DNA from: a virus
Taxonomy: Duplodnaviria; Caudoviricetes
Length of the DNA stretch: 37,298 bases
Virus record (IMG/VR): IMGVR_UViG_3300030095_004454
Span: 1-37,298 of that record
Reading direction: 5' to 3' (one strand)
Each line of letters begins with the position of its first letter. Within the stretch, counting starts at the first letter, position 1. Positions 29,293-37,298 of the stretch are shown one piece after another. The translations under genes and the position numbers were made by a program. Below the pieces are notes generated by a model. That model was not told where the DNA came from and made no database searches. It worked only from the letters and a program-made list of their open reading frames with translations.

Positions 29293-30186
29293 TTACTTAA
29301 AAACATTATATTTATCAAAAGCTAATTCCCTCGCCTCATTATAATTTTCCGCTTTCTTGATTTTAACCTCGTGATCACCACGAGCTTTTCCATCAGACTC
29401 CGGAATAGATTTAAGTTCTTTAGCTTCTGTTTCTAATTTCATTGCCTTTAATACTGAACTTTCTGAAGACCCAGAATTCGATGCCAAAGTAAATGCATCC
29501 TCTAAGTTGGGAATATTACGCTCGATTGCTGTATTAATTACTTCTGCTACAGCATCCGGACGCTCACCCAATTCGGGGTGTTCGTTGATTAGCTGGGCGA
29601 TTTCAGCGTCAACCGCCTTCTGCACTTCCATTTGAGCGATTCGATCCTCTAGTTGAGTAACACGATCATCCGATTTAGTGTTTACCTCTTCTTCTGGTTC
29701 ATTCTTATTAGACACTTCAATAGTTTCATTTAGCGACTGTAATATTGGATGGTCATCCCCAAGCACATCTTTCAATGTATTTATTGTGTCTTCATCATTA
29801 ACAACAGCGTTTATATTATCAATTTTAGCTTTGAGAGCTTTCCGTTCATCTGATAAAGATTGTGCTTTTTGTGTATTTGATGATTGCCATTCCTTTTTAT
29901 TCCTAGAGTCTTCCATCGCCTCCCTTATTTGTTCGACACTATAAACTTCTCCATCGAGAGTTAGTTCATTCAAATGTTGAGGCTCTGGTTGTTCTTCTAT
30001 TGAAGGTTGCTGTTCAGAATTCTCTGGTTGCTCCTCGGAGGGAGTCGCAGATTGTTCTTCGGTAGTTGACTCACCGACGGCTTCCGTTGTGGTGTCAGAA
30101 GTTTCATCCGCTGTAAACAACGAATCAGCCACTTCGCCCGACACTTCCACACCATAAGTTCCACCTATTATATTTTCTGAAGACAT
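29293..30186 (-). CDS. scaffolding protein
   Basis: Acidic disordered N-terminus, LDGE, TQKAQSLS..RK, coiled coil. Confidence 0.75.
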   Translation of the reverse strand: MSSENIIGGTYGVEVSGEVADSLFTADETSDTTTEAVGESTTEEQSATPSEEQPENSEQQPSIEEQPEPQHLNELTLDGEVYSVEQIREAMEDSRNKKEWQSSNTQKAQSLSDERKALKAKIDNINAVVNDEDTINTLKDVLGDDHPILQSLNETIEVSNKNEPEEEVNTKSDDRVTQLEDRIAQMEVQKAVDAEIAQLINEHPELGERPDAVAEVINTAIERNIPNLEDAFTLASNSGSSESSVLKAMKLETEAKELKSIPESDGKARGDHEVKIKKAENYNEARELAFDKYNVFK

Positions 30187-30242
30187 ATATACTCCATGTT
30201 ATTACTTAAATTTCTTATTGTACTCATTAGGATAAAATTCAA

Positions 30243-31991
30243 TTAACCAGACACTTCTGGCGGTAAGTTTGCCATTTGTTCCGGGTTTTTTCTAAGGTTA
30301 TCAAAAACCTCATCTTCTGTTCCCCCATATTGACTTAATGGATTCTCTGCTTGTTTAGCTTCCTCTTTTTGTTGACGCATTAAAGCAATCAATCTTTCTT
30401 TTGCTGGAAGATTCATATGTTCAACAACATACTCTGGGTCAGTAACAATCCCTAATTGAGCTAGTTGCAATATCTTATTTTCAACAAATTGTTTATTCTC
30501 CGGCATCATCGAACCAGCCCTACATCTTATATGCATATCAAAGTCAGCAAACATAATTCCCATAACAGAACGAACCTCTTGATTCCCTTCTGTATCATAA
30601 TAAGGAACATTTAAAACTGTAGTACCTAAGTTCTTAAACATGGCCATCCACATTGTTCCAAGGCATTGTACTGCTTTTTCAACAGACCTAGACTTATAAT
30701 CTATCTTTGTTGTACTTGCTTGGCGGTAAATTTGAGCCTGAACACCCGATGTTACATTACTTGAGTCCTTACCTTGCGTAGCTTTATTTACACCGCTAAT
30801 TGTCTCAAATACATTTTCTAATTGTTGGTAAAAGTTGAATACATAATTAGGCATTGAGGCCGGTTGTTGCATTGAAACTTGTCCAGAGCCACGCTTTCTT
30901 ATTATTTGTCCCGGTTTATTTGTGATCTGGTCTTGAACATCTGTATTTTGGTCAACTATCCACATCGGATTAGCGGTCATATGGATATTATCCATTGTCT
31001 GACTAATAACTCTATCCATTGCCAAGTTAATTGATTTCAATCTTCTTGGTTCTGGCTTTCCCCAAAATGAATGTGCTGAACCACCATTTTTTATATTGAT
31101 AAATGGGAATGGATGCCCAATATGATTTTTCTTATTGAAGAAAGGATACTTAGAACGACCTTCATACAAAAGTACGTTATTTGCCACAGCACACATTTTA
31201 ACTTGTCCGGGTACATAGTCCTTATCATCTTCTTTATATCCACCTCTACTGTATATTTCAATTAATAATGCCCTTTCTTCCAAGTCTTTCATTGCATGAG
31301 CTTTATCCTTAAAGTAATTAGTCTCCTTACTTTGAGTGTCAGTAACTTGGACATAACTGTCTCCACCGCCTTTTTGATTCATCTTTAAGGCTTCATGCTT
31401 TGATAAATTGCTTTCTGATTTAACATATTTACCATTTTCATACATTTCCTTTAATTTCCATATCGGAGTAGGTGTAGCGATTAAGCACCAGTCAGCATTT
31501 TCAAGTTTAGTAGCAGAAGGATTTGTATAAAAATTAAATGGGTCAACAACATCACAATCCGGTAAATCATCGTCCGGATTCCAATGCACTTTTAAAATTC
31601 CATTACCATATATTAAATAATCAAGTAACCACTCAGAAACTAAGTTCTGCATATCCCTTATCATCCAGAATTCATCCATAACAGCTTGAGCTGTATCTGC
31701 ATATGTCTGTGCTTTTTGGTCGTTTCCTATTGCAATTACATCAATTCTTGGCGGTCTGGAAGATAAAACCGGTATCATAGTGTCTATAGCAGAGGCAATA
31801 AACTCCAAAGTAATCTGATTCTTAAATTCCGGCATATTCATACCTTCCCAATGATGCCCCATATATAAAGCCTCAGACTCTCTCCATATCTTTTCGGTGC
31901 TTTCCCTAGCTTTTTTTGCTACAGAAAACATATTATTAACACGATCAATCGTCTTTTGCTCTTTTTCGCTAGGCTTATATTCTTTATCCAT
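30243..31991 (-). CDS. portal protein
   Basis: 582 aa after terminase; Y.G.HW, YGNGILKV, VDPFNF, ISGV....QG. Confidence 0.88.
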   Translation of the reverse strand: MDKEYKPSEKEQKTIDRVNNMFSVAKKARESTEKIWRESEALYMGHHWEGMNMPEFKNQITLEFIASAIDTMIPVLSSRPPRIDVIAIGNDQKAQTYADTAQAVMDEFWMIRDMQNLVSEWLLDYLIYGNGILKVHWNPDDDLPDCDVVDPFNFYTNPSATKLENADWCLIATPTPIWKLKEMYENGKYVKSESNLSKHEALKMNQKGGGDSYVQVTDTQSKETNYFKDKAHAMKDLEERALLIEIYSRGGYKEDDKDYVPGQVKMCAVANNVLLYEGRSKYPFFNKKNHIGHPFPFINIKNGGSAHSFWGKPEPRRLKSINLAMDRVISQTMDNIHMTANPMWIVDQNTDVQDQITNKPGQIIRKRGSGQVSMQQPASMPNYVFNFYQQLENVFETISGVNKATQGKDSSNVTSGVQAQIYRQASTTKIDYKSRSVEKAVQCLGTMWMAMFKNLGTTVLNVPYYDTEGNQEVRSVMGIMFADFDMHIRCRAGSMMPENKQFVENKILQLAQLGIVTDPEYVVEHMNLPAKERLIALMRQQKEEAKQAENPLSQYGGTEDEVFDNLRKNPEQMANLPPEVSG

Positions 31992-32120
31992 TAAAAAATT
32001 TCCTTATGTTTCTATTTACGAAGTAAAGATGATTGAGGTCATTTTCACTTAACTTAATATTTAAGGTTAAATCATACATATTCTTTAATTTATTAAGTTT
32101 ATTTTTAATTTTCTTTCTTA

Positions 32121-32312
32121 TCACGACTCTGGGATACCGATCTCAATATTTTCACTAAAATCTTTAGCAATAAAAATATCCACCACTTTTTCAATCGCCT
32201 TAGAAAGTTCATACTGTTCGATTTCGTTTTCAGATATTTCAATAAGGTCGTCCGCATCTATTTCCCTTTTTATCCATTTTTTTGTAGTGGTGTTATATGT
32301 TTCTATTATCAA
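32121..32312 (-). CDS. small acidic hypothetical protein
   Basis: Overlaps terminase stop; TTG start. Confidence 0.5.
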   Translation of the reverse strand: MIIETYNTTTKKWIKREIDADDLIEISENEIEQYELSKAIEKVVDIFIAKDFSENIEIGIPES

Positions 32313-33691
32313 TTCCTTACTCCAGAATAATCATCATCTAGTTGCTTTAACTTATCTAATTCTTTTTGCAACCAAGGTTTTGGCTTCTCTGGTTCATTAG
32401 GGCTACCAAGATGCATCAGTCCGTAACGCAAACTATCAACAGCGTGATCCTCCCCATGCGTATTTAGGTCTTCCGGTCTAGTATTGCTATACGTTTGCAT
32501 CGGAAAAGTTTTAATTAAGTACTTGCATTGTGGGAATATTTTAAGCATAGGTTCTTTACCTTCCTTTTCATTCCAATCCAAGTATTCTCTTACAACATTC
32601 CAGCCGGATGCCCGGTCATTATTTGCTCGTTGGCAAGGAATTCCATTCACTAACATAATGTCAGCAATAGACATATGAGAAGGCATGACACCATCTGATC
32701 TGTTTGTGTTTTGAGGATTGCGAATCCACATAGAAGGGTCACATATGGTACTCATATATTCCTCATCACCACTTAATTCATTTATTTTAGCTATATGTCT
32801 ATTTAATTCTGTTTCTTTTTCAGCGTGTTCACGATATACATACACATTCCGGTCATTATCTACTGCTACCCATAGGCAAACAAAATAGTTTCTAAATCCA
32901 TAGTCAATCATTCTGTACTTATACCACGATTCTGGAATTTCAAATGGTTCTATTACATGCTTTTCTTGTCTAAATCTTGTAAAAAACTGACCTTCATATA
33001 CATCCCAATCTCCTTCATACCACATCTTTCTCATTTCTTCCGGTAAGGATTTCAAATAATTAACATAGTCCGGGTCAGTATCTACTAAAGTGGGATTATC
33101 TTCAATTTTAGATGGTATAAATATCTTCGTTCTGCCGGAATCCTTATCTTTTACAATTTTATTTCTACCACATTCAATAAATCTATCTTTTACCCACGCA
33201 TGTCCAATGTTTCCGGGGTTAGTAGTTAAGAAGATTCTTGGTTTTAGGCTCTTACTTGAACTTCTACATGAACTAATTAAGCGTAAATAGTCCATTTCAG
33301 TAGGGATAAGAGTAAGCTCCTCTATTAGTATTGAGCTATATTCGTGTCCTAAATACTTTGTATAGGCTTGATCTTCTGATAGGTGTCCGGTTCTAAACTT
33401 TGCTCCGGAAGGAAACCTAAATTCTGCCGGGTTACCGGTTACTTGAACACCCATCGTACGATAAAAGAATCTAGCCCGGTCAATCCAATCTCGTAAATCA
33501 TCATAATTCCTACGCACAACTAAAGCTCTATAACTTGGGTTTGTTATATAATCCGGATGCACTAACCAAGCCATACCGGCCATCGTCTTACCACCCCCCC
33601 TAGCACCTCCAAATAATACTTCGAACGCATCTACTTGTAAAGCAAAGGTTTGTTGACCAGCATGAGGCTTCCAGACTACTTTATCTTTCAT
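32309..33691 (-). CDS. terL: terminase large subunit
   Basis: GGARGGGKT Walker A, LIEEL Walker B, TTNPG, IDYG and DHAVDSLRY nuclease motifs. Confidence 0.95.
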   Translation of the reverse strand: MKDKVVWKPHAGQQTFALQVDAFEVLFGGARGGGKTMAGMAWLVHPDYITNPSYRALVVRRNYDDLRDWIDRARFFYRTMGVQVTGNPAEFRFPSGAKFRTGHLSEDQAYTKYLGHEYSSILIEELTLIPTEMDYLRLISSCRSSSKSLKPRIFLTTNPGNIGHAWVKDRFIECGRNKIVKDKDSGRTKIFIPSKIEDNPTLVDTDPDYVNYLKSLPEEMRKMWYEGDWDVYEGQFFTRFRQEKHVIEPFEIPESWYKYRMIDYGFRNYFVCLWVAVDNDRNVYVYREHAEKETELNRHIAKINELSGDEEYMSTICDPSMWIRNPQNTNRSDGVMPSHMSIADIMLVNGIPCQRANNDRASGWNVVREYLDWNEKEGKEPMLKIFPQCKYLIKTFPMQTYSNTRPEDLNTHGEDHAVDSLRYGLMHLGSPNEPEKPKPWLQKELDKLKQLDDDYSGVRN

Positions 33692-33975
33692 TTTCGTTTC
33701 TTTTTAAATCCGGTAAGTGGGTTTAGTGATAATTCTTCATACCAACTCATTACTTTAGCAATCTCCTCTTCATGTTTTGCCTCAAGTTTTAATACTCTTT
33801 CGTGAAGTTCAGTTACATCCATGTGAAGCTGTCCAATTTTGCTTTGAGTATTATACCAGTAATAAGTAGCCGTAGAGACAAGAAAAAACAAATAAAGCAA
33901 AGCCCGGATATTGATACGCACGATATAGTTATCGTCCACTCGATCCATTTTAACCGACCTCGCATCAGCTTTCAA
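33688..33975 (-). CDS. membrane-anchored coiled-coil protein
   Basis: ALLYLFFLVSTATYYWY TM. Confidence 0.6.
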   Translation of the reverse strand: MKADARSVKMDRVDDNYIVRINIRALLYLFFLVSTATYYWYNTQSKIGQLHMDVTELHERVLKLEAKHEEEIAKVMSWYEELSLNPLTGFKKKRK

Positions 33976-33976
33976 A

Positions 33977-34282
33977 CTATGCCTCTGCTGAATTATTTTT
34001 ATTTTTTTCTATTTTAGGAACAGCTTGTGACTCTCTAGTAATGCTTTTTTCTGGTAAAACAATAACACCCGGTGATATATCACCCTCGATCTTAAGCTCA
34101 GATGCTTTTAAGCTAGGAGCAATTCGGTCGATAAGGATGTTAATAGCCTTGACGTGATTCGGATGTTCTTCATTCATCGCTATATTAAATAGTTTTTGTA
34201 GTAGGTCTGGGGTCTTTGGATGATTTCTTATCCACTCACCCCAATGAGTAGCGTTCTTTTTTATAGGAGGTTTCTTAGCCAT
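33977..34282 (-). CDS. putative terminase small subunit
   Basis: Position; KAINILIDRI helix, VIVLPEK tail. Confidence 0.6.
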   Translation of the reverse strand: MAKKPPIKKNATHWGEWIRNHPKTPDLLQKLFNIAMNEEHPNHVKAINILIDRIAPSLKASELKIEGDISPGVIVLPEKSITRESQAVPKIEKNKNNSAEA

Positions 34283-34364
34283 TAGAAACCAACATTATTA
34301 TAATGTAAATAGTTAGTAAGATGCATATATATACCGCTATAGCTGTTAGTTCGTGTTTTTTCAT
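34275..34364 (-). CDS. possible 29-aa single-TM peptide
   Basis: MKKHELTAIAVYICILLTIYIIIMLVSNG overlapping next start; weak RBS. Confidence 0.35.
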   Translation of the reverse strand: MKKHELTAIAVYICILLTIYIIIMLVSNG

Positions 34365-34723
34365 AGTGTCAATTAGTGATAAAAGTTAAGCAAAAACTCT
34401 GCCTGAAAAAATTAATACCTTACCATGAATGAAATGACCGGTACAATTCCGATCATGGGGGTGGGGGTCTTCGTCTATATATATTGTTCGTGAACGTCTT
34501 TTATCTTATGCGTAATGGCACTATTATGTCACCTTTTCTACTTTCTCCCTCGGTACATCGAGGGTTCTAAACCCTCAATGATATACTTCCACCCTCGGCA
34601 TAGCCTCGAGCGTTAACAAATCTAAAATAGTTGGGAGTTTGTGCGGTTTAAAATGGTGACTTTTGACGCTCAATTTTACACACTTTGCCACACTAAATAA
34701 AATTATTTTACTGTCGTGAACTA

Positions 34724-34773
34724 CCACTAATTACTAAATACTTCTTGCATCAATTGCTACAAATGTGTAGTAT
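34724..34773 (+). promoter_or_regulatory. early sigma70-type promoter with upstream candidate operator
   Basis: TTGCAT(34745)-17-TAGTAT(34768); CCACTAATTAC at 34724-34734. Confidence 0.65.
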
Positions 34774-34817
34774 GTGGCATTAGTTTTATTGCTTTTTCTC
34801 AATTTATGATTTCTTAA

Positions 34818-35080
34818 CGGCCTCCGAGCTAGTCGCCATGACGGGGTTGGAAATCTGAAGGCGTCCCGAGGGACAGCGTCTAAAAACTCTAAGCAGTCGA
34901 GCCGACTAATACTATCAATAAGCAAACAACGACACACCAACCGCAGAGCGTATATAAACGACACGAACAACAAAGCCTATAAATAAAAGCACGAAGACGA
35001 ACCGCCCGACTGAAGCAGAGTATAAAAAATACCTCCTCCATTTATGAGAGGCGACCCGGGACGCTTTCCCCTTTCCCGGG
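34818..35080 (+). ncRNA. structured leader/ncRNA of unknown class
   Basis: GC-richer non-coding tract with several local and long-range helices. Confidence 0.55.
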
Positions 35081-35114
35081 AAAATTTATTTTACTAACTA
35101 ATGGAGGTTATCAA

Positions 35115-35339
35115 ATGAAAGCTATATTAAAAATCGAAGAAGATTTCTTTACAGTAGTGGCTTATTGGTCTTATGAATTGCAAGAATATAAAATCGTTAT
35201 TAGGTACTATAACGAAGACCGGAAAAAATACAAGACCGAAGAATGCTTCGAGACAGAAAAAGAACCGGCACAAGATACAGCGTACGCAATTTATAACAGC
35301 TTAAAAAACAAGAGTTGCTCAGAGCTTAAAAGATTATAG
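35115..35339 (+). CDS. early hypothetical protein
   Basis: GGAGGT RBS, 74 aa. Confidence 0.75.
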   Translation: MKAILKIEEDFFTVVAYWSYELQEYKIVIRYYNEDRKKYKTEECFETEKEPAQDTAYAIYNSLKNKSCSELKRL

Positions 35340-35435
35340 AAAAATATAAATCTATGATCTATTGATAAAAACCCTAGCCCCGAGGGTAAACGGGGCAAGA
35401 ATTTTAATAAAAAACCAAATAATGGAGGTTATCAA

Positions 35436-35615
35436 GTGGATAAGGAAATAAAAGCACTCTGGGACTACTTAATAGAAACGCAACTAGTGACAGCAGACGA
35501 AGTTCGACTAGTTACGGCTATTAATGGGACGAACTTAGAATCGTTTGAAGACATGCTATATGTTAGAACCGGATACAGAGATTTAGAACAAATCTTAGAA
35601 GCTGAAGCTGAATAA
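35436..35615 (+). CDS. 59-aa early protein (not in ORF track)
   Basis: GTG start after GGAGGT; MDKEIKALWDYLIET...LYVRTGYRDLEQ. Confidence 0.8.
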   Translation: MDKEIKALWDYLIETQLVTADEVRLVTAINGTNLESFEDMLYVRTGYRDLEQILEAEAE

Positions 35616-35686
35616 AAAGACCTAGCCGGGAGGCTAATAAAACCCGGCAAAATTTTTCTCAATAAAAACAAAATGGAGGTTATACA

Positions 35687-36130
35687 ATGTCAACAAGAGC
35701 AAATATCGCTGTAGAAGGAACAGAAATAAAAATATATAAGCATTCAGACGGCTACCCGGAATATATGATTCCTAGATTAATCAAGATTGCTGATAAATTT
35801 TTAGAGAATAGAGGGAACGACCCCCACTATCTCCCGGCCTATATTCTTAGGGAATTTAAGATAATAGAAGAAGAAGAATCTAAAGACTGGTACACAGACT
35901 ACAAAGACCCTATCAAATCAAAAGACAGAAATGATTGTCTAGGTTGGGGAATTCAAACTGACTTCAGCGAAGATATTGATTTTATGTATAAGGTTAATTT
36001 AACAGAAGATAATCATTTCATAAATGTCTATAGGATTTATGGGGATTTTAATGATCATATTTTAAGTCGTTTTAAAGTAATAGATACTATTGATTTAAAC
36101 ATGAAGGAATATGATTATAAACTAGATTAA
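35687..36130 (+). CDS. early hypothetical protein with YxHxDGYP motif
   Basis: MSTRANI...IYKHSDGYPEY; strong RBS. Confidence 0.8.
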   Translation: MSTRANIAVEGTEIKIYKHSDGYPEYMIPRLIKIADKFLENRGNDPHYLPAYILREFKIIEEEESKDWYTDYKDPIKSKDRNDCLGWGIQTDFSEDIDFMYKVNLTEDNHFINVYRIYGDFNDHILSRFKVIDTIDLNMKEYDYKLD

Positions 36131-36199
36131 CAAAACCAGACCCGCTCGGGGGCAAATAATACCGAGCAAAATTTTTCTTAACTAATGGAGGTAATAATC

Positions 36200-36523
36200 A
36201 TGTTTAACAATCAAGTAATAACAGTTAGAACGCCCAACAGAGACGGACTTTGTGGAGTCTATACGGATTGGCTAGAGTTCTCTGAGGACTTAGACAAATT
36301 CCACTCTAAAATAAAAAATAGTATGGATGATTTTATTAAAAATTCTAAATATTTGAAGGATGGTGATATAATCTTGCCAACGCCGTCAATACTAAGAAGA
36401 AGAGTCACAAATGGATTACTAGCAGATGGCTTTGCAAGTGTTCCTATTGAGGATGCAGAAGGCGAATTCTATTTAGAAATTGAATTATGGGATAAAAATA
36501 GTTCTAGGTACTTTACAGAATAG
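36200..36523 (+). CDS. early hypothetical protein (start reassigned from 36185)
   Basis: ATG 36185 is part of the RBS motif; in-frame ATG 36200. Confidence 0.75.
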   Translation: MFNNQVITVRTPNRDGLCGVYTDWLEFSEDLDKFHSKIKNSMDDFIKNSKYLKDGDIILPTPSILRRRVTNGLLADGFASVPIEDAEGEFYLEIELWDKNSSRYFTE

Positions 36524-36596
36524 TTAACAAACCACGACCCAACCCGGGGGCGAACAATACCGGGAAAGATTTTTCTTAAACAATGGAGGTAATAAC

Positions 36597-36824
36597 ATGA
36601 AAACATACGATGTAGTCGTTTATGAAACTGTGAAAAAAGTAATCGAAGTAAAAGCTAAATCAAACGAAGATGCTGAAGATTATTTTTATCATGAATGGGA
36701 AAAAGGTTACCCAGATAATCATAAACTTGTAAGAAAGCAAGTAGTTGATTATGAAACAATAAGTGTCAATATAACCCCTCCCGGTATTCTCCGTAGAAGA
36801 AAGGAAAGGCGGTTAAAACTATAA
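36597..36824 (+). CDS. DpnD/PcfM-like small protein
   Basis: KTYDVVVYET..KVIEVKAKSNEDA. Confidence 0.6.
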   Translation: MKTYDVVVYETVKKVIEVKAKSNEDAEDYFYHEWEKGYPDNHKLVRKQVVDYETISVNITPPGILRRRKERRLKL

Positions 36825-36895
36825 CCACAACCCTACCCGGGAGGGTAAACCCGGGAAAGATTTTTCTCAATAAAAAAACAAATGGAGGTAATACA

Positions 36896-37075
36896 ATGGA
36901 AACGAATAGTATCTATGAAGTATATCTAAAGATAGTTCCAGAGAAGGGACACAAAAAGACCCTTGATTTTATACTAGATGTTTTAACTATGGGATTTAGT
37001 GCATCATGGGATGATGACCAACGCAAAACCCAAATTAAAATATTAGAAAATAAAATAAATGAGGTAATACAATGA
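36896..37075 (+). CDS. 59-aa early protein (not in ORF track)
   Basis: ATG after GGAGGT; METNSIYEVYLKIV... Confidence 0.7.
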   Translation: METNSIYEVYLKIVPEKGHKKTLDFILDVLTMGFSASWDDDQRKTQIKILENKINEVIQ

Positions 37076-37298
37076 AAATAGTAGAGCTAAAACTGAATAA
37101 AGGTATTGATATTACGGCTAGGGAATTCGACAAGATAACCGGAGAGCCGATTTATAGAATACTTGGAAGCGGTCGAAGTGTTGCTGATACTGTAATAAAA
37201 TTGGATTTATATGGTGATGGTGTATTTGATATAAAATTTCGAGTACATGATGCTTTTATTGAACAAGATTATAAAATGTATTATAACAGAATTAGCAA
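37072..37298 (+). CDS. 3'-truncated early protein
   Basis: GAGGT RBS, ATGA overlap, open to window end. Confidence 0.65.
   Translation, partial: MKIVELKLNKGIDITAREFDKITGEPIYRILGSGRSVADTVIKLDLYGDGVFDIKFRVHDAFIEQDYKMYYNRIS

Larger units (their letters stand above)
35048..36895 (+). repeat. six intergenic pseudoknot + A/T tract + AATGGAGGT units
   Basis: Units at 35048-35080, 35371-35396, 35618-35648, 36139-36167, 36535-36564, 36830-36855. Confidence 0.85.

Noticed and set aside
32040-32110. Late promoter motif shared with 9851-9866
   Set aside because: AT-rich similarity too weak to distinguish from chance
34818-35080. tmRNA or hammerhead ribozyme
   Set aside because: No tRNA-like ends or tag frame; no CUGANGA/GAAA core in proper stems
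706-35671. Antisense or nested ORF-track entries (e.g. 706-930, 5057-5314, 7416-7688, 28111-28407, 34734-34973, 35465-35671)
   Set aside because: Shadow ORFs overlapping well-supported genes or RNA elements, without RBS
35618-36564. HDV-like/theta ribozymes (GGCTAA, GGCGAA resemble J4/2)
   Set aside because: No P3/L3 or P1.1 elements; the motif is absent from other units
35048-36895. CRISPR array or integron attC cassettes
   Set aside because: Repeats are not identical, spacers are whole genes, no cas genes, no GTTRRRY/RYYYAAC boxes, and the integrase has its own attP
37072-37298. Direct circular join to position 1
   Set aside because: No terminal overlap; joining gives a stop within four codons and is out of frame with the 1-359 ORF, so sequence is probably missing

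Overview
AT-rich, near-complete genome of a temperate tailed phage with podovirus-like architecture; the host cannot be assigned from sequence. attP lies intact between integrase and lysin, so this is the excised or virion form. Modules: a + strand early region of small genes split across both window ends (35115-37298 and 1-1844); a - strand replication/recombination operon (1954-7713); repressor, integrase and a tRNA-Ser-type attP (7826-9760); and a - strand late operon from terminase to lysis (9882-34282). The most unusual signal is an apparent RNA-level control layer. Six consecutive early genes are each preceded by a covarying H-type pseudoknot and a near-identical AATGGAGGT ribosome-binding site (RBS). 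The array is headed by a structured ~270-nt leader, and another early gene has a tRNA-minihelix leader. The hairpin ending the late operon carries a loop complementary to those RBS/start-codon regions. The repressor has a PAS-like C-terminus instead of an S24 peptidase. All calls come from reading motifs by eye; no searches or folding programs were run.
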